Assembly: GCA_965214605.1 (NCBI GenBank)
Contig: OZ243961.1
Span: 2,176,001 to 2,240,000 of the forward strand
Origin: an uncultured Candidatus Binatia bacterium
Lineage (GTDB): Bacteria > Desulfobacterota > Binatia > Bin18
Length of the DNA stretch: 64,000 bases
Direction: 5' to 3'
Part shown: piece by piece, positions 21,075 to 30,503 of the stretch
How the letters are laid out: the number at the start of each line of letters is the position of its first letter
Position numbering within the stretch: position 1 is the stretch's first letter
The notes under the pieces: model-generated
The model's input: only the letters and a program-made list of their open reading frames with translations
What the model was told of the DNA's origin: nothing
Database searches by the model: none
Program-made: the position numbers and the translations under genes

Positions 21075-21188
21075 ACTGCAGAAACCCATTATCGACACAC
21101 TGCTCCTGTCGACGTGCTCCGTCTCAGCTTCCCGCCCGAGGGCAGCTTTCAACTGCAGAAACCCATTATCGACACACTGCTCCTGTCG
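21075..21188. repeat. Two identical 37-bp direct repeats, 40-bp spacer
   Basis: ACTGCAGAAACCCATTATCGACACACTGCTCCTGTCG at 21075-21111 and 21152-21188. Confidence 0.9.
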
Positions 21189-22297
21189 TCACCGGCTCTC
21201 CCATAATCCCTCTCACTGTCACTGAGCACCATCTTGACCGTGCGCTCCGGTCAAACAGTTGCCACACTACTCCAAGTCCCTTGCCTTCTGCGCCGCAAGC
21301 GACGGACGTTCACTGCAACGAGCCATTGTTATAGTCCTATGAAGGACCACTCGCTACCCGGACCTCTTTTGCCCACCGGCGGAGAAACGTTCCTTTGTTT
21401 ACAGCTTTCGGCCCTGGTCCGCTCCATCAGACACCCAGCTGCTGACCCTGTTTATTAAGCTGCGACAAACCCTGTCGGGTGGACAATCGTAGAAAGAAAA
21501 CCGGCTCTGCCGCCGTCGCCATCTACGGGCTGGTGACCTCACCCGAACGGGGGGCAGAGCTTGAGCAAGTTCGGCGGGTATGACCGTTCAGTATGCTAGT
21601 GCTGTGCCGCAATCAGCGTGCCGCTCTCACCCTGCGGAAGCGCCTGAAGAACCTGCTAGGCTGGAAAGGGAAATTATCGTACAAACTTTCCACTGCTCGG
21701 CTCTCCGTCTGACCGGCATCAGCCTGAACCTCGATAACGGTATCCGAATTGCCGACGACCAGAGACAGGAGAAACTGCCCGGCGGATTCCAGCACATCCT
21801 GCCATAGGCAAATATTAGGACCTTGATCAACAGTGGTATAACAGAACCTCTCCCATTGTCGGTCGGCCTCCGAGTGATAGCGAAGAAAAACTCAGGGGTT
21901 TGGCAGCGGACGATGCTGACCCAGAGCATTGATGGTTTTTGTTAGGCTCATATCAAATACATTCGGCAGTTTGAGCAGAATTACCAGGCGAAACTCCACG
22001 AACCGCTACAAAACCACCGCTTGACCACCCTATCATCAACGGCCAACAGCCTGATCGTCTACAACCGGGGTCGGATGGAGACCGATCAGGAAATCGGCAT
22101 CGAATAACGCGCGGAAAGGTGCTGAACAGATTTGATGCGGTTGATAGAGACAAGGGCCAGATTCTTGCCTGCTGCAACATCCCCTCCCAGGCTCTGGCCG
22201 TGGGCCGGGAACTCCACCCAGCCGACACCGCTGTGGCCTGCTCTGGAGTGGAAGACTACGCCATTTTTCCCGCCGCGGTAAACGATGTGGCAGGTTT

Positions 22298-24595
22298 TCA
22301 CTCTACTTCTTCCTGACTTTTCTCCAGGATCACTTCGGAGGGCGGCTCGAGCGGCAGGACAATCCGCATCTCGGTAAAGGCCCCTTCCTCGGTGTCGAGA
22401 TGGATGGCCCCTCCGTGGCGGGTGAGGATATCCGTGGTCAGGGACAGGCCGAGCCCCGTACCCTCACCCGGCTTCTTGGTAGTCACGAAGGGTTCAAAGA
22501 TCTGCTCGCGCATCTTCTCTGGAATGCCAGGGCCGTTATCACGGATGTAGAACTCGGCGTGCTCTTCAAGACGACGGCTGGCGATACGTAACTCTGGCTC
22601 ATAGTCTCCGTTCGACTGCTGGCGTTTTTCTTCGATTGCCTGGTAGGCGTTGGTGGCTAGGTTGAGGAACACCCGACCGAGGTCCTGGGGAATGACAGCG
22701 AAGGTACCCATCTTGGGGTCAAGGTCCTCGGTCAGTGTCACATTGAAGTCTGTGTTGTGGGCCCGCATAGCATGGTAGGCGAGGTCAATGTATTGCTTGA
22801 GCAGGGCGTTCATATCAATCTCGCGCCACTCGCCCGGAGTAGCCCGAGAATGGTCGAGCATACTGCGCACGATGCCGTCGGCGCGCTGGCCGTGCTCTTT
22901 GACCTTCTGGAGGTTGAGTCGCAGGTCTGAGAGGATGGAGCTGATTTCTTCGGACAGGTCGAGCTGATCCTCTTTGGCTTCTTCCATCACCTCTTCAATC
23001 TCATCGATAAGTTCGACCGAAACATCCGAGAAGTTGTTGACAAAGTTGAGCGGGTTCTTGATTTCGTGGGCCACACCGGCGGTGAGCTGGCCGAGTGAGG
23101 CGAGCTTTTTCTCAGCGACGATTTGTTCCTGAGCATGCTTGAGGTTGTCCAGGGTCTGCTCCAGGGTGTGGTTTTTGGCGTCCAGCTCTTCGGCCAGCTT
23201 CTCAACAAGATTCAGCCGCTGCACCTCAAGTGCATAGCGGCGAAAGACTTCTAGCGCCTTGGCCATGTCGGTCACTTCGTCATTGCCCTTGACCTCGACT
23301 GGAACTTCCAGGTCGCCGCCGGCCATAGAGCGCATGGCCGCGGCCAGCCCGACGAGGCGGCGGACGAGGTGGCGGCCGACGAACAGCCAGCCAATGAGGA
23401 AAGCGCCGGTAATGCTCATGATGTTGAGGAGCACCAGGAGCAGCAGCCCAGTCTGGGCGGCAGATCGCGAGGCGCTGCTGGCGGTGATGGCATCATTGTT
23501 GATCCCTTCCACCAACTTATTCACTTCGGCCAGCAGCAGACCGGACGCGGTGCGGCCTTTCGCCAGCGCTTCCTGTTCCCGCTCCAGCCGCAGCAGGGCT
23601 TCACGGCGGAGCGGAATGATCCCTTCGTCGAATTCCCTAATCTGGCCGGGGCGTTTCGGGGAGCCCGCCCGCTTTGGGTCTATCTCATTGACCACCTCTT
23701 CAGATTCTCCGATCTGAGCGAGGCGTTCCAGGTCCCTGCCAAGAAGACTGTCTGGAGTGCGAGCCGACAGCCCCGCATAAGCGCGGCGGAAGTTCTGGAC
23801 AGCCCCGCGGAAGCGCTCCAGCAGGGGTGGAAGGAGCCCCCGGTCGGACAGGATGAAGGCTTCGTCCAGGAACAACACGGCCAAGTTGGCCTGATAGTTC
23901 ACCTCGATCAGGTCCCGATAGTAGGCCAGTTCGGCCCCGGAGGCCCGCTCACCGACCGGACTAGGTTGATCTGTCAGGCGGCGCATCCCCTCCACTAGGT
24001 AAAAACCCTGGTCGTCGAGGGCGGCCCCGAGATGGCGTTCAATGCGCCGGCTGGTTTCGGTGAGTTCTCCCTTGAGGCGCTCCAGGATATCGGCGATGAC
24101 AAGCCGACGGGCGGCCGACCCTTGGATCTCTTTCATGTGGACGCCAAGTTCGTTTAGATGCTCTTTGATCAGCCGGGTCCGCTCGCCGAAAGCAGAGCGG
24201 GATTCAAGCTCGTCGATAAGCGCGCCGAGAGCACTGCGCTCGCCGGCAACCGCATTGGCCACGGCCTCGTGCTGCTCGGGCGAAGAGGCAGAGATGAGGC
24301 GCAGTGCACCATTAACTACCGCGGCGCTCTGGCGAGCCGTGTCTATGGCACTGCTTAGATTGGGGATGCTGTAGTCGGCAAGCCGGGCTTCGTAGTAGAG
24401 GATCTGGCGGAAGGAAAAATAGGCCACCAAACTGGCAACCAGGGTGAGGAGGACACCACCTGTCAAGCCGATGTACAGTTGTGGACCAATTCCGATCCAG
24501 CGGTTCTTGTCTGGATCTGATCTGTCCACGGACATGACAGGCCGTGCTGCAAGTGAGCTGCTCGCACTAGCGATGGGACGGTTGGTGTTGCTCAC
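22298..24595 (-). CDS. Membrane sensor histidine kinase (TorS-like periplasmic domain, HAMP, HisKA, HATPase)
   Basis: Two TM segments, HAMP GNDEVTDMA, H-box GVAHEIKNPL, N-box NLATNA, DNGPG, FVTTK, GTGLGL. Confidence 0.92.
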   Translation of the reverse strand: MSNTNRPIASASSSLAARPVMSVDRSDPDKNRWIGIGPQLYIGLTGGVLLTLVASLVAYFSFRQILYYEARLADYSIPNLSSAIDTARQSAAVVNGALRLISASSPEQHEAVANAVAGERSALGALIDELESRSAFGERTRLIKEHLNELGVHMKEIQGSAARRLVIADILERLKGELTETSRRIERHLGAALDDQGFYLVEGMRRLTDQPSPVGERASGAELAYYRDLIEVNYQANLAVLFLDEAFILSDRGLLPPLLERFRGAVQNFRRAYAGLSARTPDSLLGRDLERLAQIGESEEVVNEIDPKRAGSPKRPGQIREFDEGIIPLRREALLRLEREQEALAKGRTASGLLLAEVNKLVEGINNDAITASSASRSAAQTGLLLLVLLNIMSITGAFLIGWLFVGRHLVRRLVGLAAAMRSMAGGDLEVPVEVKGNDEVTDMAKALEVFRRYALEVQRLNLVEKLAEELDAKNHTLEQTLDNLKHAQEQIVAEKKLASLGQLTAGVAHEIKNPLNFVNNFSDVSVELIDEIEEVMEEAKEDQLDLSEEISSILSDLRLNLQKVKEHGQRADGIVRSMLDHSRATPGEWREIDMNALLKQYIDLAYHAMRAHNTDFNVTLTEDLDPKMGTFAVIPQDLGRVFLNLATNAYQAIEEKRQQSNGDYEPELRIASRRLEEHAEFYIRDNGPGIPEKMREQIFEPFVTTKKPGEGTGLGLSLTTDILTRHGGAIHLDTEEGAFTEMRIVLPLEPPSEVILEKSQEEVE

Positions 24596-25743
24596 CGTGG
24601 CACCATTCTGCGCACCGGCCGAAAATCTCCCCCTTCGTCGATGACCGTTAGGTAGACTCGATCGGAACCCTGGTTGTCGGTCGGGCCGTAACGCAGGGGA
24701 AAGCCGCCGAGGTCGATGGTCTCAGCTTCTTGCAGAGCCTGTAGAAATCGCTCCCTTGTTGGCTTCAGTCCGGCTAGACGGAGCCCCTCTATCACTAGGC
24801 GGCCAGCCAGATAGCCTTCCAGCGACACAAAACCCGGCACACTCTCAGGGTCCAGGGCGGCCAGGGACTGCCGATATTCCGTCACCACAGAAAGGCGGTC
24901 GTCGGTGGGAAAAGGAACGACCTGGGTGACGTACACTCCGGCCCCGTCAGGGCCGAGTTCCTTGGCTAGGGCCGAACTGCCGACAAAGGAGATGTTAACG
25001 AAGTAAGGGTTGAATTGAATCCGTTGCGCCCAGCGAATCAGGACCGCTGCCGGCTTGTAGGCCCCGATAATGACAACGGCCTCGGGATGGGAGCGGCGCA
25101 GGTCAAGCAGGGCGATCTTCACCGCCTCGGTGTTACGCCGATAGTCCGCCTCAGCAATAATGGGCAGACGGCGACGGGCGAGGGCGCGGCGTAACCCGGC
25201 CAGTCCGGCACGTCCATAGGAGTCGTTCTGGTACAGAATGCCGATACGTTGGACGCCCAGGTCCTCAGTGAGGCGTGCCACTATCTCTTCGGTTTCCTGG
25301 TAGTACGAGGCCCGTACGTTGATCACGTTCGGGTGCAGCCAGGCGTCGCGCAGAAACTCAGCCCCGGTAAAGGGGGCGATGTAGGGTACCCCTGCCTCGT
25401 TGGCGATGGGCTGGGCGGCCGTGGAGGTGGGGGTGCCGACAGCACCAACGAGGGCGAAGACGCCGCGTTTGTCGATGAGCTCACGAGTGTTGGCGATAGC
25501 CGCCTCGGGTTCATAGGCATCGTCCAAGGACTCAAGGATAAGACGTTGCCCGTGTACCCCACCCTGTTGATTGATCCATTCAAAGGCCGCTAGTAGGCCG
25601 AGGCGTATCCCCTGCCCGAGTTCGCGCGCCGGCCCACTCAGGGCGGCGGACTGGCCGAAGACGATCTGTCCCTCTGCCCGAGTCTCCGCTGACGCCACCG
25701 CGAGCAGGGTCGTGAGGAGCAGCGCTGTGCGAAAAAGGGCCAT
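24592..25743 (-). CDS. Periplasmic binding protein (type 1, branched-chain-aa-like)
   Basis: Signal peptide, FGQSAALSGPA, DDAYEP, VGTPT, NVRASY; no ABC permease adjacent. Confidence 0.88.
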   Translation of the reverse strand: MALFRTALLLTTLLAVASAETRAEGQIVFGQSAALSGPARELGQGIRLGLLAAFEWINQQGGVHGQRLILESLDDAYEPEAAIANTRELIDKRGVFALVGAVGTPTSTAAQPIANEAGVPYIAPFTGAEFLRDAWLHPNVINVRASYYQETEEIVARLTEDLGVQRIGILYQNDSYGRAGLAGLRRALARRRLPIIAEADYRRNTEAVKIALLDLRRSHPEAVVIIGAYKPAAVLIRWAQRIQFNPYFVNISFVGSSALAKELGPDGAGVYVTQVVPFPTDDRLSVVTEYRQSLAALDPESVPGFVSLEGYLAGRLVIEGLRLAGLKPTRERFLQALQEAETIDLGGFPLRYGPTDNQGSDRVYLTVIDEGGDFRPVRRMVPR

Positions 25744-25746
25744 GTC

Positions 25747-26970
25747 TTAGGCCCTGTTGCCGACCTGGGAAGAAAGGGGGGAGTTGAAACGCATGGCTAC
25801 GCAGGTGATATCGTCCGATTGCGGGGCGTCACCGGCAAATGTCTGCACGGCCCCAACGACCTCGGCTACAACTTCGTCGGTGTTCGCCTTCCCTAGGCTG
25901 GCGAGTTTCTGGTCGAGCCGCTCTTCTCCGAACTCCTCCTGGCTGGGGTTCTGGGCCTCGGTGACTCCGTCAGTGTACAGGAAGAGCGTGTCACCGGGCG
26001 TGAGCTGGATCTCAGCGTTGGTATAGTCGTGCCCGGCGGCTATCCCCAGAACGAGGTTGCCGGTGGGCGGCAGCTCTTCAACCTGGGAACCGTCTCGCAC
26101 CAGACGGGGCGGATTGTGGCCGCCGTTACAGTATTGCAGGCTGCCGCTGTGCAGGTCGAGCACCGCGTAAAACAGGGTGGTGAAAATGCACGCCTCGTTA
26201 TCCTCAGCCAGCAGATTGTTCACTCTGCTCAGGCACTCAGCAGGCGACAGAGAGCTTTTGGCCACGCTCTTAAGAAGGGTTCGTGTCACCATTGTGAACA
26301 GCGCCGCAGGAACTCCTTTGCCCGAAACATCGGCGATGACCACCCCGACCAGATTGCCATCAAGACTGAAAAAATCGTAGAAATCCCCGCCGATCTCACG
26401 GGCCGGGATCATCTGCGCCCGGATAGTGTGGGTCTCAAGGCTCGGCGGGGACTTGGGCAGGACAGACATCTGGACTTCCTTGGCCACTTCGAGTTCCCGC
26501 GTGATGGCAACCAGCCGGTCGCGCGAGCGCAGCGCGCTCTGTAGAGCTTGTATATGTTTAAGAGTCTTCTCAACAGTAATTTCGAGATCGTGAAAATCAA
26601 TTGGCTTGGTGACAAAATCAAAAGCTCCTCGATTCATGGCGGTGCGAATGTTTTTCATGTCCCCATAGGCGGAAATGATGATCGCCCGCACGTCAGGTTT
26701 GACGTCTTCGAGTTGACTCAGCAACGTGAGCCCGTCCATTACAGGCATATTGATATCTGAGAGCACAAGGTGGATGTCGGGATACTCGACGAGCTTTTCG
26801 AGCGCATCCTTGCCATTACGGGCGAAGACGAACTCGAGTTCGCCGCGGCGGATACGCCGGCGGAACTTCTGGCGGACGAGCAGTTCGAGGTCTTCTTCGT
26901 CGTCTACCATCAGAATCCGGATGGGTGCCGTTGGCACGACTGAGTCCCCCCTTTCGGAATGCGTGGTCAC
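25747..26970 (-). CDS. Receiver domain + PP2C/SpoIIE phosphatase (RsbU-like)
   Basis: VDDE, SDINMPVMDG, FVTKP; GGDFYD, IADVSGKG, LYTDGVTEA, DDIT. Confidence 0.93.
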   Translation of the reverse strand: MTTHSERGDSVVPTAPIRILMVDDEEDLELLVRQKFRRRIRRGELEFVFARNGKDALEKLVEYPDIHLVLSDINMPVMDGLTLLSQLEDVKPDVRAIIISAYGDMKNIRTAMNRGAFDFVTKPIDFHDLEITVEKTLKHIQALQSALRSRDRLVAITRELEVAKEVQMSVLPKSPPSLETHTIRAQMIPAREIGGDFYDFFSLDGNLVGVVIADVSGKGVPAALFTMVTRTLLKSVAKSSLSPAECLSRVNNLLAEDNEACIFTTLFYAVLDLHSGSLQYCNGGHNPPRLVRDGSQVEELPPTGNLVLGIAAGHDYTNAEIQLTPGDTLFLYTDGVTEAQNPSQEEFGEERLDQKLASLGKANTDEVVAEVVGAVQTFAGDAPQSDDITCVAMRFNSPLSSQVGNRA

Positions 26971-27018
26971 AGGCTGCCCAAGGTGGAAAATCCTGACCGT
27001 TTCATCAAGACAAGAGCA

Positions 27019-27384
27019 TCACCCACCTTGCAAGGCATCGTCGCGGCTATCGTATACCGCTAGGATACTGCTGAAACCGCTGATTTCAAAGATATGCGCA
27101 ATAGACTCGGACAGCCCGCAGAAGCGGGTCGTGCCCCCTTCCGCCTGCAGGCGACGGGCCGTCACCAGGAGCACCCGCAGGCCAGCACTACTGACGTAGT
27201 TCAGGCCAGCAAGATCGAACACAAGGCTCTTTTCGCCCGCTTCTATTTGTTCCCGGACGGCGCATTCCAGGATTTCGACATTGCTCCCGTCGACCCGCCC
27301 TACGGGACAGACGATCACGGCCTCGTCATTGCGCTCGGTTTGCACCGACAGCGTATTCTCACTCCTCACTGCATTTTCCCCCAA
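27019..27384 (-). CDS. STAS anti-sigma-factor antagonist (RsbV-like)
   Basis: GRVD, DLAGLNYVSSAGLRVL, IFEISGF; true start may be GTG 27369. Confidence 0.9.
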   Translation of the reverse strand: MGENAVRSENTLSVQTERNDEAVIVCPVGRVDGSNVEILECAVREQIEAGEKSLVFDLAGLNYVSSAGLRVLLVTARRLQAEGGTTRFCGLSESIAHIFEISGFSSILAVYDSRDDALQGG

Positions 27385-27838
27385 TCACGATCTGCAAGGT
27401 AATACGATTCCGGTTGTCGACACGCTCATAGGCGCTGCTGTCGGCGAGTTGCTTGACCAGAAAGACCCCTAGCCCCCCGGTCGGTCGCTCCTCCAGCTCC
27501 AGACTGGTGTCTGGCTCCGGGGCTTCCTCAAAAGGGTTGAAGGCAACGCCGTTGTCCTCAAGCTGGGCCACCACGACCCCCCGGTCAAGAACTATACGCA
27601 AACGGAGCTCGGGCTCGGTTATCTCCGACAGAGCATAGCTGACGCTGTTTGTTACGAGCTCGTCCAGAACCAAGTTTAAGCGATTCTGGAGGTCTGCGTT
27701 CAGGGCGTGCGCTGCCCCGAATTCCTGAACGACCTGAGCTAGCCTGACCAGAGCCGACAGGTCGGGGCTGAGGGAGATGGCGACAGTGTCGTCGCCCGGA
27801 GGACATTGGCACGGGTGCATCGGCTTCACCACGCTCAT
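27359..27838 (-). CDS. Anti-sigma-factor Ser/Thr kinase (RsbW-like HATPase)
   Basis: LVLDELVTNSVSYA, EDNGVAFNP, GGLGVFLV. Confidence 0.88.
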   Translation of the reverse strand: MSVVKPMHPCQCPPGDDTVAISLSPDLSALVRLAQVVQEFGAAHALNADLQNRLNLVLDELVTNSVSYALSEITEPELRLRIVLDRGVVVAQLEDNGVAFNPFEEAPEPDTSLELEERPTGGLGVFLVKQLADSSAYERVDNRNRITLQIVIGGKCSEE

Positions 27839-28806
27839 GAAACGGGTCTGGCTTCGGCCGGATAGGACACGTAGGTCCGTTCCAGGGCTTCATGAAACTG
27901 TCGGCACAGGACAATAAACTCGCTCAGTTCCTCTATGCCCCCTCCACCGTTGGCAGGGTCGGTCGTACAGCGCGATAGAGCGGCGTCTAGACGAGCAACG
28001 ATTTCGTGCGGCTCCGTGAGAGAGCGATCCGGGGCCGGCGGATCGATCACCTCCAGACTGCTGTGGATCCGGTTCACCGCAAAACGCAGCGAATAAGGCA
28101 GCTCGGGGTCGTCTACCAGAAAGCTCGCGACCTGTTCACCGCGAATCTGGGCACCATGCAAATGGCAGTAGGCTTCAAAGGCGTTGCAGCTACGCAGAAG
28201 CCCGGCCCAGTCACCTTCCTCCCCGCTCACGGCGCGATACGCGCTGAGCTGGGAGCCAACAAGCTGGGAGCGCTCAACGAACCGCCCCAAACGCATGAAG
28301 TGCCAGCCAGCATCGCGGCGCATCGAACTTGCGCATACCCCGTCAAAAAGCTGCACCGCCTCGACAATACCCCGGTACAGTCCGACGGGTTCCCCTGCCC
28401 AGACGTCGACGAGAGCCGTGGACCGGAGGCGGAGGTACTCGCGGTTGAGGCTGGACCAGATTGCGTTGCTGATGGAGTCGCGGACTTGGCGGGCGTTCTC
28501 CCGGGCCGCGGTTAAACAAAACATGATGGAGGCGGGATTATCGACCTCGAAGGTTAGATGGTCAGTCAAGGTGTAGCCGTCGGCAAAGAAGAAGTCGTCC
28601 TCGTCCTCTGCACCGCCATAGCTATCCGCGCCCGGTGGGCGGGTGTCGAGACTGCGGAAGAGCCGGTGCCAGCCTGCGGCAATTTCCTGGGCCGGGCTAG
28701 CGGGTAGGCGCTCCAACTGCAGGCCGAGGAGGCGAGCGGTGTGCTCGACCCGCTCCAGGTAACGGTTCATCCAGTAGAAAGAATCGGCAACACGGGCTAG
28801 TAGCAC
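27835..28806 (-). CDS. Alpha-E domain protein (DUF403)
   Basis: MLARVADSFYWMNRYLERVE, ARENARQVR, LGRFVER. Confidence 0.92.
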   Translation of the reverse strand: MLLARVADSFYWMNRYLERVEHTARLLGLQLERLPASPAQEIAAGWHRLFRSLDTRPPGADSYGGAEDEDDFFFADGYTLTDHLTFEVDNPASIMFCLTAARENARQVRDSISNAIWSSLNREYLRLRSTALVDVWAGEPVGLYRGIVEAVQLFDGVCASSMRRDAGWHFMRLGRFVERSQLVGSQLSAYRAVSGEEGDWAGLLRSCNAFEAYCHLHGAQIRGEQVASFLVDDPELPYSLRFAVNRIHSSLEVIDPPAPDRSLTEPHEIVARLDAALSRCTTDPANGGGGIEELSEFIVLCRQFHEALERTYVSYPAEARPVS

Positions 28807-30293
28807 TATGCATCCTGTTCGATAATCCAGGCATCTTTGGACCCACCGCCCTGGCTAGAGTTTACCACCAGGCTGCCTTTACGCAGGGCCACCCGGCACA
28901 GCCCACCCGGCACTAGCCTGGTGTCCGGTCCGTGGAGAACGAAGGGCCGCAAGTCGACGTGACGCGCTTCAAGCCGCCCGTCAATGAGACAGGGGGCCCG
29001 CGACAGGGCCAGGGTGGGCTGGGATATGTAGTTGTCGGGTCGGGCGCGGAGTCTTGCCGCAAACTCCTCACGCTCTGCCTGGCTGGCGTGCGGCCCGACC
29101 AGCATACCGTACCCGCCCGACTCGCCGACCTCTTTCACCACTAGTTGATCAAGGTGCTCCAGGGTATAAGCCAGCTCATCTGCTGTCCGGCACAGGTGGG
29201 TTTCTACATTGTCCAGAATCGGTTCCTGATCGAGGTAATAGCGGATCATGTGCGGCACATAAGCATACACCGCCTTGTCGTCCGCAACCCCGGTGCCGGG
29301 GGCGTTGGCCAGAGCGAGGTTACCGGCGCGATAGACCTCAAACAGCCCGGGAACACCTAGGCAGGAATCCGGGCGGAAGACCTGTGGATCAATGAAATCG
29401 TCGTCGAGCCGTCGGTACAGGACATCCACAGGCCGGAAACCGCCGATTGTGCGCATATACAGCCGCTTACCCTGTACCAGCAGGTCATCGCCCTTGACGA
29501 GTTCAATGCCCATTTCCCGAGCCAGAAACGCGTGTTCGTAGTAGGCTGAGTTATAGACTCCCGGGGTGAGCAGAGCGATGCTCGGCTCCTCGTCCTGTCG
29601 GGGGGCGAGGGAGCGCAGGACCTGCAAGAGTTCCCGGCCGTAGTGCTCAACCGAGCGGACTCGGTAGCGCCGGAAAAGACGCGGGAAGGCTCGCCGTAGC
29701 GCGTCTCGACAGGCCAACATGTACGACACCCCGGACGGGACCCGGAGGTTGTCTTCCAACACCCTGAAACCGTCCTTAGTCCGTACAATGTCGCTCCCGC
29801 ATACCGATACATAGGCCCCGAGCGGAACCTCTACTCCCTCCATTTCGGGCCGATAGTTGGGACAGTTGTGCACCAGTTCACGCGGCACGATGCCATCGGC
29901 AAGGATGTGGCCGGCGCCGTAGATATCGGCCAGAAAGAGGTTCAAGGTCTGTACGCGTTGGATGAGGCCGCGTTCAAGGTGCTCCCACTCCCGGGCAGGC
30001 AACAGGCGGGGAATGCAGTCAATGGGGAAGACCCGTTCGATGGATTCCTCGTCCCCGTACACGGTGAAGGTAATTCCCTCGTGCAGAAAGGAGCGGGCCA
30101 CGCGGTCCTGGAGCCGCTCCACCTCCTCCCGGGGCATCCGCTGTATTTCGTCAATCAGCATCCGGTAGTGGGAGCGCGGCTGTCCTTCGGACTCAAAAGT
30201 CTCATCAAAAAAATGGCTGTCGATCTCGTAGTGCCCAAAGAGCGGGCGCGTCGCATCAGCATGGCTCAATTCGGACAGATCGTCTGAGGTCAT
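28806..30293 (-). CDS. Circularly permuted type 2 ATP-grasp peptide ligase
   Basis: LEDNLRVPSGVSY, NSAYYEH, YRRLDDDF, GVADDK, HVDLRP, VNSSQGGGSKD. Confidence 0.93.
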   Translation of the reverse strand: MTSDDLSELSHADATRPLFGHYEIDSHFFDETFESEGQPRSHYRMLIDEIQRMPREEVERLQDRVARSFLHEGITFTVYGDEESIERVFPIDCIPRLLPAREWEHLERGLIQRVQTLNLFLADIYGAGHILADGIVPRELVHNCPNYRPEMEGVEVPLGAYVSVCGSDIVRTKDGFRVLEDNLRVPSGVSYMLACRDALRRAFPRLFRRYRVRSVEHYGRELLQVLRSLAPRQDEEPSIALLTPGVYNSAYYEHAFLAREMGIELVKGDDLLVQGKRLYMRTIGGFRPVDVLYRRLDDDFIDPQVFRPDSCLGVPGLFEVYRAGNLALANAPGTGVADDKAVYAYVPHMIRYYLDQEPILDNVETHLCRTADELAYTLEHLDQLVVKEVGESGGYGMLVGPHASQAEREEFAARLRARPDNYISQPTLALSRAPCLIDGRLEARHVDLRPFVLHGPDTRLVPGGLCRVALRKGSLVVNSSQGGGSKDAWIIEQDA

Positions 30294-30321
30294 GTGTTTG
30301 GTATCACCCTTTCTGTCTCCC

Positions 30322-30431
30322 GTGTCAATCCTTGAATATGAGGGGCTTGTGACTAGCCCGCGCAGCCATTTTTCCTGAGGCGGTCGGCCGACGACGATGT
30401 GTCAATCCTTAAATATGAGGGGCTTGTGACT
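30322..30431. repeat. Two 33-bp direct repeats (1 mismatch), 44-bp spacer, resembling degenerate IS200/IS605-family ends
   Basis: GTGTCAATCCTT(G/A)AATATGAGGGGCTTGTGACT at 30322 and 30399. Confidence 0.85.
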
Positions 30432-30503
30432 TAGCCGCCAGGTAGAGACACGGAGCCGGCCTCTGCGGGCCGGTGAGGCGCGTATCGCCTGCCTCGGACG
30501 ACC

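Noticed and set aside
22086-22301. 71-aa ORF coupled to the sensor kinase stop as a real eighth gene
   Set aside because: A GTGA overlap is present but there is no recognisable motif, so it cannot be supported.
21075-30431. CRISPR arrays at the two repeat pairs
   Set aside because: Only two repeats each, unrelated to one another, with no cas genes or leader. Kept only as repeats.
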